From contig JBEPZY010000002.1 of the NCBI GenBank assembly GCA_041640595.1, forward strand, positions 178,984 through 242,983: DNA of 64,000 nucleotides, written 5' to 3'. The position numbers and the translations under genes are program-made. Each line of letters begins with the position of its first letter. Positions within the stretch are counted from its first letter, which is position 1. Positions 50,111 through 59,752 of this stretch are shown here, in pieces. Under the pieces are notes generated by a model. The model worked only from the letters and a program-made list of their open reading frames with translations, made no database searches and was not told where the DNA came from. This stretch comes from Gemmatales bacterium (lineage in GTDB: Bacteria; Planctomycetota; Planctomycetia; Gemmatales; HRBIN36).

Positions 50111-50596
50111 ATTTTCCACCAGCTTGCTACGTTCCGAATTGGTAACGCTGGGCTCAGCCTAGCAAAACCCGCCCCGGCCATGGCGATTTTGCATCGGCTT
50201 GCTTCTTTCCGAATTGGCAACGGCGGTGCGATTTTGGTTCGGCTCCTTGGGCTTTCGGCGACTTTACACCTGTTTGCTACGTTCCGAATTGGTAACGCTG
50301 AGCTCAGCGTAGCAAAGCCCGCCCCGGCCATGGCAATTTTCCATCGGATTGCTTCTTTCCGAATTGGCAACGGCGGTGCGATTTTGGTTCGGCTCCTCGG
50401 GCTTTCGGGGATTTTGCACCGGCTTGCTACGTTCCGAATTGGTAACGCTGGGCTCAGCTTAGCAAAGCCCGTCCCGGCCACGGCGATTTCGCATCGGCTT
50501 GCTTCTTTCCGAATTGGCAACGGCGGTGCGATTTTGGCTCGGCTCCTCGGGCTTTCGGCGACTTTGCACCAGCTTGCTACGTTCCGAATTGGTAAC
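50111..50596. repeat. Exact 75-bp-period array, 7 repeats, alternating A/B spacers (150-bp higher-order unit)
   Basis: TTCCGAATTGG at 50132, 50207, 50282, 50357, 50432, 50507, 50582. Confidence 0.93.
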
Positions 50597-51066
50597 GGCT
50601 ACACAGAGCCTGGCGGCTTGCCGTCGCAAACGCCGGTTCGAGAAATCGGTCGAAGATTGCGACGTGTGGGCACAGCTTGCCCCAAACCGTGGACGAGGGC
50701 GCGGAGGATACGTGATGCCCCAGGTTGCTGGGGTCGTCCTTGCCAAAGGTAGTGCGGGGACGAAGGTGCGTGCCATGTGGGGTGCCCTGGGTTGTTGCGG
50801 TTATCGTTGCCAAGGGGTGATGCCTCAGAGGGCTTATCAAACGTCGCGCCTAGACGAAGGTGCGTACAATGCTTGTTGCCCTGAACCACGCCGGAGCGGG
50901 AAAAGTTCTCGTCCGCGGAAGGTATTCACGCTGCCGCACAGTGCGGTGTGATTTGAATCTGGCCGGGACAGGTCAATTTTGCGTCAGCGCAAGATGTCCC
51001 CAGAGGCCGTAGTCTCGCCTGATGCTGAGCGAGACTGCGAGGGTAAAATTTTTCGTCGGGGACTGC

Positions 51067-51094
51067 TTGACGGCAGACAGGCGGTTTGTACATT
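51067..51094 (+). promoter_or_regulatory. Putative sigma70 promoter of the S10 operon
   Basis: TTGACG-16 bp-TACATT about 65 bp upstream of rpsJ. Confidence 0.45.
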
Positions 51095-51160
51095 ATGTCT
51101 TTCCCGTTACCTGGCGTCGCGGCGAGCGAGGTCAGGACGGGTCAGCAGGGAGTGTCAGAC

Positions 51161-51487
51161 GTGGCGGCCATTGCCCAGGAGCGGATTCGCATTCGAATGG
51201 AGGCTTACGATCACAGCATCCTCGATGAATCCGCCAAGCGCATTGTCGAAACTGCGGAGCTGACGGGAGCGAAGGTGCATGGGCCGATTCCTCTGCCCAC
51301 CCGCATCGAGCGCTACACCGTCCTGCGCAGCCCGCATATTGACAAAAAATCCCGGGAACAATTTGAGATTCGCACGCACCGCCGGCTCATTGATATTTAC
51401 GAGCCGAACTCCCGTACTATTGAGGCTCTGAACAAACTCACCCTGCCGGCGGGCGTGGATATCAAAATCAAAGCCAGTGCTGGCTAA
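51161..51487 (+). CDS. rpsJ: 30S ribosomal protein S10
   Basis: [36 protein letters not shown]. Confidence 0.97.
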   Translation: MAAIAQERIRIRMEAYDHSILDESAKRIVETAELTGAKVHGPIPLPTRIERYTVLRSPHIDKKSREQFEIRTHRRLIDIYEPNSRTIEALNKLTLPAGVDIKIKASAG

Positions 51488-51661
51488 GCGAAAGGGCTGT
51501 TCCCGGGGGGAGAAGCAGGCGAGCCTGGCATTCGGCGCGTTGTGGCCGATCACGGCATCAAGCGAGTGTGCACGGTCGGGCTGGCGGCTGACCGGAACCG
51601 GCAGCGCAGCGGTTAGGAAAGTCGCCACGATCGCTGTGACTATTTCTTTGACGAGAGGCCC

Positions 51662-52378
51662 ATGATTACGCTGAATGTGTATAACCAGCAGGGAGATGCG
51701 GTCGGCACCGTGCAGGTGGACCCGGCGGAATTCGGCGGTCGGGTCAACAAGGTGTTGCTGCACGAGGTGGTGTTGATGCATCTGGCCAATCGTCGCCGCG
51801 GTACTCATTCCACCAAACGGCGCGGTGAAGTCGAAGGAAGTACACGCAAACTCTATCGGCAGAAAGGAACCGGACGTGCTCGCGTGGGTTCCCGGCGAAC
51901 CAACAAGCGCGTCGGTGGCGGCACCGCCAAAGGTCCCAAACCACGCGATTATCACTATCGCCTGCCCAAAAAAGCCGTCCGCATGGCCATCTGCCAGGCG
52001 ATTCTCAGCAAGCTCCTGGATGGCGAAACCGTCATTGTGGATGACCTGCACCTGCCGGAGGTGAAAACCAAACACATGGCGAAAATTCTCAAAAACCTCC
52101 GGCTGGACGGTATTTCCACGCTTATTGGCCTGGACGACTACAACCAGGACCTGTACCGTGCGGCACGGAATATCCCCAACGTGCTGCTGTATCCGATCCG
52201 CGAATTCAATACGTATGTGGTGCTGCGGCAGAAACGATTGCTGCTGACGCTGAAGGCTCTGGAGGCGCTGCGGGCCAGGGCACGCGCCATCGTCGGATAT
52301 AACGGCGAAACCGCGGGCGAGTCAGCAGCCGTTTCGCAGGAAAAGACGCCGGCGGCACTGGCAACGTCGGCCACGTAA
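51662..52378 (+). CDS. rplD: 50S ribosomal protein L4
   Basis: RRGTHSTKRRGEV, RQKGTGRAR, GPKPRDY. Confidence 0.96.
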   Translation: MITLNVYNQQGDAVGTVQVDPAEFGGRVNKVLLHEVVLMHLANRRRGTHSTKRRGEVEGSTRKLYRQKGTGRARVGSRRTNKRVGGGTAKGPKPRDYHYRLPKKAVRMAICQAILSKLLDGETVIVDDLHLPEVKTKHMAKILKNLRLDGISTLIGLDDYNQDLYRAARNIPNVLLYPIREFNTYVVLRQKRLLLTLKALEALRARARAIVGYNGETAGESAAVSQEKTPAALATSAT

Positions 52379-52518
52379 TGCTTTCCTGGCCGGCCCACCA
52401 GGAAATCGGCGTCGCCGGAAAAATTGCGAGGGTCTGGCACCTCGGCAGGGAAACCAATTATGGCAGCTAAGGCCGGTGGTTGTGCCATCGGCTCTTCATG
52501 ACCGGGACACGGATTACC

Positions 52519-52842
52519 ATGCTCCGACTCAAACCAGGCGAACAGCGCACGAAAGGCCCCAAGCTCCAGCCGTATCAGATTATCCTCCGCCCGATTATCA
52601 CGGAAAAAAGTCTGCACCAGGCGGAGCGCCGGCGGCATTATACCTTTGAAGTCAACCAGTATGCGACCAAGCCGGAGATCAAGGCGGCCGTCGAAGAACT
52701 CTTCCATGTACGGGTGCTGCGAGTCCGCGTCATGAACCGTCTGGGCAAGCCGAAACGGTTTCGCGGCATTGAGGGCCGCACCTCCGGCTACAAAAAAGCC
52801 ATCGTCGTGCTTCATCCGGAAGACCATATTGACCTGTTCTAA
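52519..52842 (+). CDS. rplW: 50S ribosomal protein L23
   Basis: RPIITEKS, ATKPEIKAAVE, KKAIV. Confidence 0.95.
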   Translation: MLRLKPGEQRTKGPKLQPYQIILRPIITEKSLHQAERRRHYTFEVNQYATKPEIKAAVEELFHVRVLRVRVMNRLGKPKRFRGIEGRTSGYKKAIVVLHPEDHIDLF

Positions 52843-52928
52843 GCGGAACGCAACAGCGAAACCGAATCAGCGTACAATGCCTGGCCAGATAACCTGCTGA
52901 AGACGGAAACATAAACGGGAATATCACC

Positions 52929-53783
52929 ATGGGCATTCGCTATTACAAGCCAACCAGTCCCGGTCGTCGCCACGGTGCCGTGAGCGATTTCGCAGAGATT
53001 ACCGACCGGAAGAAGGAACCGGAAAAGAGCCTGCTCGAACCTTACGTTCGCAGTGGCGGTCGCAATAACCAGGGAATCATTACCTCGCGGCATCGTGGTG
53101 GCGGGCACAAGCGGATGTACCGCATCATTGATTTCAAGCGCGACAAGGACAACGTCTGGGGCACGGTGCTGGCGATCGAATACGATCCGAACCGGTCGGC
53201 CCGGATTGCCCTGGTGGAATACGAAGACGGCGAGCGTCGCTATCACCTGGCCCCGGAAGGCTTGAAAGCCGGCGATAAGATCATTTCCGGCGAGAATGTG
53301 GAGCCGCGATTGGGAAACTGCCTGCCGCTCCGCAAAATCCCGCTGGGTATGGAAGTGCACAACATTGAACTGACGCCGGGACGCGGCGGGCAACTGTGTC
53401 GCAGTGCCGGCACCAGTGCGACGTTGACGGCCCGCGAGGGAAAATGGGCCCAGCTGACCTTGCCGTCGGGGGAAATGCGGCGGGTACCGGCCGATTGTCG
53501 CGCTACCATCGGGCGGGTCAGCAATCCCGACCACATGAACATTCCGCTGGGGAAGGCGGGACGGAGTCGCTGGCTGGGAATTCGCCCACATGTCCGCGGT
53601 GTGGCCATGAGTCCTTACGCCCACCCGATGGGAGGCGGTGAGGGTCGCACCAAAGGCGGTCGGCATCCGTGCAGCCCCACTGGGGTGCTGGCCAAAGGCG
53701 GCAAGACTCGCAAACCTCGCAAGCCTTCCAACAAATTCATCATTCGTCGCCGTCCGCCGGGACCTCACTATCGCCAGGGCTAA
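52929..53783 (+). CDS. rplB: 50S ribosomal protein L2
   Basis: [23 protein letters not shown]. Confidence 0.97.
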   Translation: MGIRYYKPTSPGRRHGAVSDFAEITDRKKEPEKSLLEPYVRSGGRNNQGIITSRHRGGGHKRMYRIIDFKRDKDNVWGTVLAIEYDPNRSARIALVEYEDGERRYHLAPEGLKAGDKIISGENVEPRLGNCLPLRKIPLGMEVHNIELTPGRGGQLCRSAGTSATLTAREGKWAQLTLPSGEMRRVPADCRATIGRVSNPDHMNIPLGKAGRSRWLGIRPHVRGVAMSPYAHPMGGGEGRTKGGRHPCSPTGVLAKGGKTRKPRKPSNKFIIRRRPPGPHYRQG

Positions 53784-53840
53784 GCTGAACGTGAGCATTC
53801 CCAGCTTCGGGCGAGTGCCAGAGCATAGTGGAGCGATCCT

Positions 53841-54125
53841 ATGAGCCGATCGCTGAAAAAAGGCCCTTACGTAGATGCCAAGCTGCGCAAAAAAGTCATG
53901 AAGCAGATGGAGTCCAGGAAAAAAGAGCCCATCAAAACCTGGGCCCGTGATTGCACGATCATTCCGGAATTCGTGGGATTTACTTTTCTGGTGCACAACG
54001 GTCGGGTCTTCAACAAGGTGTTCGTAACGGAAGACATGGTGGGGCATAAACTTGGGGAATTTTCCCCGACCCGCATCTTCCGTGGGCACAGCGGTCAGAA
54101 AAAGGCGGCCACTGGACAGAAGTGA
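53841..54125 (+). CDS. rpsS: 30S ribosomal protein S19
   Basis: [22 protein letters not shown]. Confidence 0.97.
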   Translation: MSRSLKKGPYVDAKLRKKVMKQMESRKKEPIKTWARDCTIIPEFVGFTFLVHNGRVFNKVFVTEDMVGHKLGEFSPTRIFRGHSGQKKAATGQK

Positions 54126-54146
54126 ATACAATATAATGGCTGGCAT

Positions 54147-54218
54147 CGCGGGGTGGAGCAGTGGCAGCTCGCCAGGCTCATAACCTGGAGGTCGCGGGTT
54201 CGAATCCCGCCCCCGCAA
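54147..54218 (+). tRNA. tRNA-Met (CAT), initiator type; CCA not encoded
   Basis: Cloverleaf with C1:A72 mismatch, anticodon arm CCAGG-CTCATAA-CCTGG, T arm GCGGG-TTCGAAT-CCCGC. Confidence 0.93.
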
Positions 54219-54289
54219 TTTCTCAAGCCTAGCAGCCATTGGAGCCCTCCTTTCGTCCAGGTCGGCCGTGGCAGCCGACCTCAGCTCCC

Positions 54290-54325
54290 GCGACGTTCCC
54301 CTTTCCGGGGAACGTCGCTTTCTTA
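54290..54325 (+). terminator. Intrinsic-terminator-like hairpin between the tRNA and rplV
   Basis: 12-bp perfect stem GCGACGTTCCCC/GGGGAACGTCGC followed by TTTTCTT. Confidence 0.65.
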
Positions 54326-54353
54326 GTCTTTTCGGGCAAATGCGGAGCGTCGC

Positions 54354-54707
54354 ATGGCCAAGGCAAACTTAGCTAGATATCGGCTCTATACTGCCCACCA
54401 TTACTTCGCCGACATGGGGGCACGCAAGGTGCGCCCATTTGCCCGGCTGATTACCAACAAAAACGTCGAGGAGGCGCTGGAACTGTTGCGTTATTATCCG
54501 AATCGTGGAGCGCGGCTTCTGGAAAAGGTGCTGCGCAGTGCCATCGGCAACGCCGTGGACCAGGGAGCGAACCGGCCGTATGACCTCAACGTCTTGGAAG
54601 CGCGGGTGGACGATGGCCCGATGTGGAAACGTGTGCATCCCCGAGCCCGAGGGATGGCGTATCTGGTCCGCCGAAGGCTCTGCCATATCCACGTAACCAT
54701 CGGCTGA
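54354..54707 (+). CDS. rplV: 50S ribosomal protein L22
   Basis: ARKVR, KVLRSAIGNA, VDDGP..KR..PRARG, HIHV. Confidence 0.94.
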   Translation: MAKANLARYRLYTAHHYFADMGARKVRPFARLITNKNVEEALELLRYYPNRGARLLEKVLRSAIGNAVDQGANRPYDLNVLEARVDDGPMWKRVHPRARGMAYLVRRRLCHIHVTIG

Positions 54708-54729
54708 TTGCAGACCCGGAGAACCGCAG

Positions 54730-55446
54730 ATGGGACAGAAAGTTTGTCCGATCGGCTTTCGCGTCGGCGTCATGGAAGACTGGCGTAGTCGCTGGTACGC
54801 CGGCAAACGGGAATTCGCCGACCTGCTCGTCGAAGACGAGCAAATTCGCCGCTATATCAAGAAAAACTACGCAGAAACCGGTATCGCTCGCATCGAAATC
54901 GAACGCACCCGCGAGGCGGTAAAAGTCTTCGTGCATGCCGCTCGCAGCGGTATGCTCATCGGAAAACGCGGCGCGGAAGCCGATGAGCTTACCCGCAAAC
55001 TCGAAGACCTCACCGGCCGGAAAATTGACCTCAAAATCCAGCCAGTGGACAAACCGGAACTGAGTGCCCAGCTGGTGGCAGAGGATATTGCCGAGCAGCT
55101 GGTCAAACGTGCCAGTTTCCGCCGCGCCATGAAACGTGCCGCCGATCAGACCATGGAAGCGGGAGCGCGCGGTATCAAGATACAGCTTTCCGGTCGGCTG
55201 GCGGGTGCGGAAATGGCACGGTGCGAAAAGGAAATTCGCGGTCGCATCCCGCTGCAAACGCTGCGGGCGAAAATTGACTACGGCTTTGCCATTGCCCGCA
55301 CCACGCTGGGTGTGATTGGCGTGAAAGTGTGGATCAATCTCGGCGATTATCTGGAGGAGGCCAGCCATGCCCCTGATGCCCAAGCGGGTCAAGTATCGAA
55401 AAAGCCAGCGCGGGCGCGTGCGCGGCAACGCCTGGCGGGGGAATGA
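54730..55446 (+). CDS. rpsC: 30S ribosomal protein S3
   Basis: MGQKV.PIGFR, IGKRG, SGRLAGAEMAR, PLQTLRA. Confidence 0.97.
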   Translation: MGQKVCPIGFRVGVMEDWRSRWYAGKREFADLLVEDEQIRRYIKKNYAETGIARIEIERTREAVKVFVHAARSGMLIGKRGAEADELTRKLEDLTGRKIDLKIQPVDKPELSAQLVAEDIAEQLVKRASFRRAMKRAADQTMEAGARGIKIQLSGRLAGAEMARCEKEIRGRIPLQTLRAKIDYGFAIARTTLGVIGVKVWINLGDYLEEASHAPDAQAGQVSKKPARARARQRLAGE

Positions 55447-55792
55447 AGTCGCTTTCGGTGAGTATGGATTGCAATCGCTGGAAGGGGGCTGGCTCAGCGC
55501 CCAGTGCATCGAAGCCGGCCGCGTTACCGCTTCGCATTTCCTTCGCGGCGAGGGACGCATTTACATCCGCGTCTTCCCGCACAAGTCGGTTTCCGCCAAG
55601 CCCGCCGAGACCCGCATGGGCAAGGGAAAAGGCGAACCGGAATACTGGGCGGCCGTCGTCAAACCCGGACAGATTCTTTACGAGATCGGCGGCGTGCCCG
55701 AAGATGCGGCGCGGGAATGCCTGGCACGAGTCGCTCACAAAATGCCTTTCAAGTGCCGCTTCGTAACTCGCCGTCCCAGCATTGGAGGCTAG
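55367..55792 (+). CDS. rplP: 50S ribosomal protein L16
   Basis: PKRVKYRK, ETRMGKGKG. Confidence 0.97.
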   Translation: MPLMPKRVKYRKSQRGRVRGNAWRGNEVAFGEYGLQSLEGGWLSAQCIEAGRVTASHFLRGEGRIYIRVFPHKSVSAKPAETRMGKGKGEPEYWAAVVKPGQILYEIGGVPEDAARECLARVAHKMPFKCRFVTRRPSIGG

Positions 55793-55795
55793 CCC

Positions 55796-56038
55796 ATGGC
55801 CAGGCCCTTGAAAGCACGCGACCTGCGGCAGATGAGCGACGAACAGCTGGATTTGCTGTACCAGGAGCGCACCCGCGATCTGTTTTCCCTGCGGGTACAG
55901 GCCTCGACACAGCGGCGGGATGTGCCCATGGAAATCCGCAAGGCTCGCCGCGACATCGCCCGTATCCTGACCGTCAAACGCGAACGGGAGCTGCAACGGC
56001 AAGCGTCCGCGGCGGGTGCAGGTAACACCGCTTCCTGA
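55796..56038 (+). CDS. rpmC: 50S ribosomal protein L29
   Basis: [15 protein letters not shown]; operon position. Confidence 0.93.
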   Translation: MARPLKARDLRQMSDEQLDLLYQERTRDLFSLRVQASTQRRDVPMEIRKARRDIARILTVKRERELQRQASAAGAGNTAS

Positions 56039-56148
56039 ACCGCCAGGGACACGACTGCGGAATCCGTCCGCGGATGCGTGTTGGGGCATTGGCACTCCCA
56101 CGCTTTCCCCTACCGACACGGGAACAAATCCGAGGGTGGATGGAAATT

Positions 56149-56472
56149 ATGAGCGAAGCAACACGTGGCCGACGCAAGGTGGCTATTGGCATCGTCACCA
56201 GCGACAAAATGAACAAGACTCGGCGGGTCGAGATTCCCCGTCTGGTGCAGCATCCCCGCTACGGTAAATACATTCGCCGCCGGACCGTCTGCTACGTGCA
56301 TGATGAGAACAACGAGTCGCGTGTGGGCGACACCGTCAAGATTATGGAAACTCGACCGCTGTCGAAACTGAAACGGTGGCGGCTGGTGGAAATCGTTGCC
56401 CGAGCCGCTACCCGTCAGGTGCTCGCCAGCACCACGCCGGCCCAGGAAAATCCGAACACAGCCAACCCGTAA
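56149..56472 (+). CDS. rpsQ: 30S ribosomal protein S17
   Basis: SDKMNKT, HPRYGK, HDE, ETRPLSK. Confidence 0.96.
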   Translation: MSEATRGRRKVAIGIVTSDKMNKTRRVEIPRLVQHPRYGKYIRRRTVCYVHDENNESRVGDTVKIMETRPLSKLKRWRLVEIVARAATRQVLASTTPAQENPNTANP

Positions 56473-56526
56473 TATCGGGCCGGCTTCGCATTTTCCGAGC
56501 CTCTGGACATAAACGGGAGCGCCACC

Positions 56527-56895
56527 ATGATCCAGATGACGACTTATCTCGATGTCGCTGACAATACCGGTGCCAAAGAGTGCATGTGTATCAAAGTGCT
56601 CGGCGGCAGCAAACGCCGCTACGGTGGGCTTGGCGACATTATCGTCGCCAGTGTCAAGAAGGCGATCCCGGGCGGCGAGGTCAAGCCGGGCGATATTGTC
56701 AAGGGCGTCATTGTCCGCTGCAAGAAGCCGTATCGTCGGGAAGACGGCAGCTACGTCCGCTTCGACAGCAACGCCATGGTGCTGATTGACAACGAGAAGA
56801 ACCCGCGCGGCACACGCATCTTCGGTGCGGTGGCACGCGAGTTGCGCGAAAAAGGATTCATGAAAATCATCAGCCTGGCGGCGGAGGTCGTCTGA
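56527..56895 (+). CDS. rplN: 50S ribosomal protein L14
   Basis: [21 protein letters not shown]. Confidence 0.97.
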   Translation: MIQMTTYLDVADNTGAKECMCIKVLGGSKRRYGGLGDIIVASVKKAIPGGEVKPGDIVKGVIVRCKKPYRREDGSYVRFDSNAMVLIDNEKNPRGTRIFGAVARELREKGFMKIISLAAEVV

Positions 56896-56937
56896 ATGCG
56901 CCTCCCCGAGCCGGAGCACCTGCGCGGAGAAACTGGC

Positions 56938-57303
56938 ATGCATATCCGCCGAGGCGACACCGTCGTGGTCATCAAAGGCAGCGATGCTTCTCCTCAGCAT
57001 AACACCATCGCTCGCGTGCTCCAGGTTTTCCCCAAAGAGCGGAAGGTGCTCGTGGAGGGAGTGAACCTGGTGTGGAAGCATGTCCGGCCGTCCAGGCGAA
57101 ACCCCCGCGGTGGTCGTATCCAGAAGGAAATGCCGATCAGCGTCGCCAACGTCATGCTCTATTGCCCGCACTGTCAGCGGGGCGTGCGAGTCGGGCGTCG
57201 CTATCTGCCTGACGGCACGAAAGAACGCTACTGCAAAAAGTGCAAAAACAGCCTCGGCGTCATCGCCCGCAACAAGCGTGTCGCCAGCACTGGCGCTTCC
57301 TGA
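56938..57303 (+). CDS. rplX: 50S ribosomal protein L24
   Basis: [23 protein letters not shown]; two CxxC motifs. Confidence 0.95.
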   Translation: MHIRRGDTVVVIKGSDASPQHNTIARVLQVFPKERKVLVEGVNLVWKHVRPSRRNPRGGRIQKEMPISVANVMLYCPHCQRGVRVGRRYLPDGTKERYCKKCKNSLGVIARNKRVASTGAS

Positions 57304-57378
57304 CCTGAATAGCCAGCACCGGCACCGACGCCGGATGACAATGCCAACGTCGAAAGCCTGAAAGCCAGCGAGGAACCT

Positions 57379-57921
57379 ATGGCCCGCTTGCTCGAAAAAT
57401 ATCGGCGTGAGGTCGTCCCCGAGTTGCAGAAGCGACTCGGTCGGTCCAACATCCTCAGCCTGCCCCGCCTGGAGAAAATCACGGTCAACATGGGTGTGGG
57501 CAAGGCGACGCAGGAACGGTCGCGGTTGGAAGAAGCGGCCCAGCACCTGGCACTCATTACCGGACAGAAACCGATTATCACCAAGGCGAAAAAATCGGTG
57601 AGCGGTTTCCGTCTTCGCAAGGGGATGGAGATCGGCTGCAAAGTCACGCTGCGCGGCAAGCGGATGTATGAGTTCCTCGATCGGCTCATCAGCATTGCCC
57701 TGCCGCGTATCCGTGATTTTCGCGGTCTGAATCCGCGTAGCTTCGACGGACACGGCAACTATTCCCTCGGACTTCCGGAGCAAACGGTCTTCCCCGAAGT
57801 GGACCCGGACAAGGTGCGCTACGCCCAGGGCATGGATGTGTGCATTACCACCACCGCCAAAAACGACGCCGAGGGACGATTACTGCTGCAATTGCTCGGC
57901 CTACCCTTCCGGGCTGAGTAA
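57379..57921 (+). CDS. rplE: 50S ribosomal protein L5
   Basis: KITVNMGVG, ITGQKP, LPRIRDFRG. Confidence 0.97.
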   Translation: MARLLEKYRREVVPELQKRLGRSNILSLPRLEKITVNMGVGKATQERSRLEEAAQHLALITGQKPIITKAKKSVSGFRLRKGMEIGCKVTLRGKRMYEFLDRLISIALPRIRDFRGLNPRSFDGHGNYSLGLPEQTVFPEVDPDKVRYAQGMDVCITTTAKNDAEGRLLLQLLGLPFRAE

Positions 57922-58050
57922 GCGCGGTATCCGAAGAACGAAAAATCCCGGGCGTAAAATGCCAGATCAGGGAAGGAAAATTGCATCACCGAACCGACAA
58001 GCCGTCGAGCAATTTGGAAGCATCCGCTGGTCGGGTGAGGAATAAAAAGC

Positions 58051-58287
58051 ATGGCGGTCAAAGCGAAAAAGGCGAAATTTGCCAAACAGCTGCAACTTCT
58101 GGAAATCTATCGTCGCCAGCGTGAGCAAGCGAAGATTCCGCCACGGGAACTGATCCGCATACGCCTGCGGTGTCGGCTGTGTGGTCGGCCACGCGGTATT
58201 TACCGGAAATTCGGTATCTGCCGCATCTGCTTCCGCAACATGGCCAGCTGGGGTTTGATTCCCGGCGTGCGGAAGGCCAGCTGGTAA
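58051..58287 (+). CDS. rpsN: 30S ribosomal protein S14, Zn-binding type
   Basis: [24 protein letters not shown]. Confidence 0.95.
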   Translation: MAVKAKKAKFAKQLQLLEIYRRQREQAKIPPRELIRIRLRCRLCGRPRGIYRKFGICRICFRNMASWGLIPGVRKASW

Positions 58288-58520
58288 GCCGACATCCAGG
58301 CCGAACAGCGGTGTTTGCTGCTTCGACGGCAGCGAACCTGGTTCGGGAATTCGCTCCGGATCGCCAGCGGCTTCACCCGCCCGCTTCGCCATCAACCGCC
58401 GCGAGTGCGGTTGAAAGGATCAGTGCTGAACCGTCTTTCTCTGCAAGGACTCGCTTGCTTCCTCACGGCAGGGGTCTTCGCTAACGTGCCTGCCATCCAG
58501 CACGATCAGGAACTGCCAAG

Positions 58521-58964
58521 ATGATGACCGACCCGATTGCCGACATGCTGACCCGCATCCGCAATGCCTTGCGCATCGAGGCCCCGTATGTGGATATGCC
58601 CTCCTCGCGCGAAAAAGTTGGCATCGCCCAGGTGCTCAAAGAAGAGGGCTACATTCTCGATTACCAGGTGGGACGGATTCGCCTGGACGAGCAAACCGGT
58701 CGCAAGGAGTTCTTCCCTGGCGAAAAAGACGCCAAGCCGATCCTGCGAATTTTCCTGAAATACGGCGACCAGGGCGAACAGGTGATTCGCTCCATCGAGC
58801 GGGTAAGCAAACCGGGCCGGCGGATCTATCGCGGTTACCGCGACCTCAAGCCGGTACTCAATGGTCTGGGCATCGCGGTGGTGAGCACCAGTCGGGGCAT
58901 CATGAGCGACCGGCAGGCACGCCGTCGGCATCTCGGCGGCGAAGTTCTGTGCGAAGTCTGGTAA
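58521..58964 (+). CDS. rpsH: 30S ribosomal protein S8
   Basis: [31 protein letters not shown]. Confidence 0.97.
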   Translation: MMTDPIADMLTRIRNALRIEAPYVDMPSSREKVGIAQVLKEEGYILDYQVGRIRLDEQTGRKEFFPGEKDAKPILRIFLKYGDQGEQVIRSIERVSKPGRRIYRGYRDLKPVLNGLGIAVVSTSRGIMSDRQARRRHLGGEVLCEVW

Positions 58965-58985
58965 CGGCCGATCAGGAGAGGAGCC

Positions 58986-59555
58986 ATGTCGCGGATTGGC
59001 AAGCAACCTGTACCGGTGCCGGAAAACGTCAAGGTACACCTCGAAAATGGCACCCTGCGGGTGGAAGGCCCGAAGGGAAAGCTGGAATTGCGTTACCATC
59101 CCAATATGCAAGTCGTTTACGACGCCCAGGCGCGGCAGATTCGCGTGCAGCGTCCCAATGACGAACGGCTCAACCGCGCTCTGCACGGGCTGACCCGCAG
59201 TCTGATCAACAACATGGTCATCGGCGTGACCCAGGGATTTGAGAAGCGGCTGAAGATTGAGGGTATCGGTTACCAGGCCCGGCTGGAAAAAGACAAAAAG
59301 GGCCAGAGCAAGCTCGTGCTCAGTGTCGGCTTTTCGCATCCGGTGATCGTGGACGTTCCGCCCGACCTGACCGCCGAGGTCCCCGACCCGAACACCATTA
59401 TCATCCGCGGCTGCGATAAACAGAAAGTCGGGGAATTTGCCGCTGAAGTTCGTCGGGTGCGACCCCCGGAACCTTATAAGGGCAAAGGAATTCGCTACGA
59501 AGGCGAAGTGGTCCGCCGCAAGGCCGGCAAGGCTCCCGTTGGTGCCGGTGGATAA
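58986..59555 (+). CDS. rplF: 50S ribosomal protein L6
   Basis: MSRIGK, GPKG, PEPYKGKGIRY. Confidence 0.97.
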   Translation: MSRIGKQPVPVPENVKVHLENGTLRVEGPKGKLELRYHPNMQVVYDAQARQIRVQRPNDERLNRALHGLTRSLINNMVIGVTQGFEKRLKIEGIGYQARLEKDKKGQSKLVLSVGFSHPVIVDVPPDLTAEVPDPNTIIIRGCDKQKVGEFAAEVRRVRPPEPYKGKGIRYEGEVVRRKAGKAPVGAGG

Positions 59556-59752
59556 CAGCCGCGGCCCAGGGATTTTCGCATTGGTGGAGTGGAAGGAGAA
59601 ACCCACTTCTTCCTTCCCGGGTGCTGGAACGAACCAAGTGGACAAACATCGGCCGATTTTAGTAGCTCTTGCGTGTGGAAACCCGGCTTTCCGGTCGGCC
59701 ATCGGAAAGCCTCAGCATCGTCGGTGGAAAGCCGACGAAGAGGTGTGGCTGC

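Noticed and set aside
48922..50752. Several 100-280-aa ORFs in the REP field and the 75-bp array
   Set aside because: Open on both strands because of repeat structure; no RBS or domain evidence.
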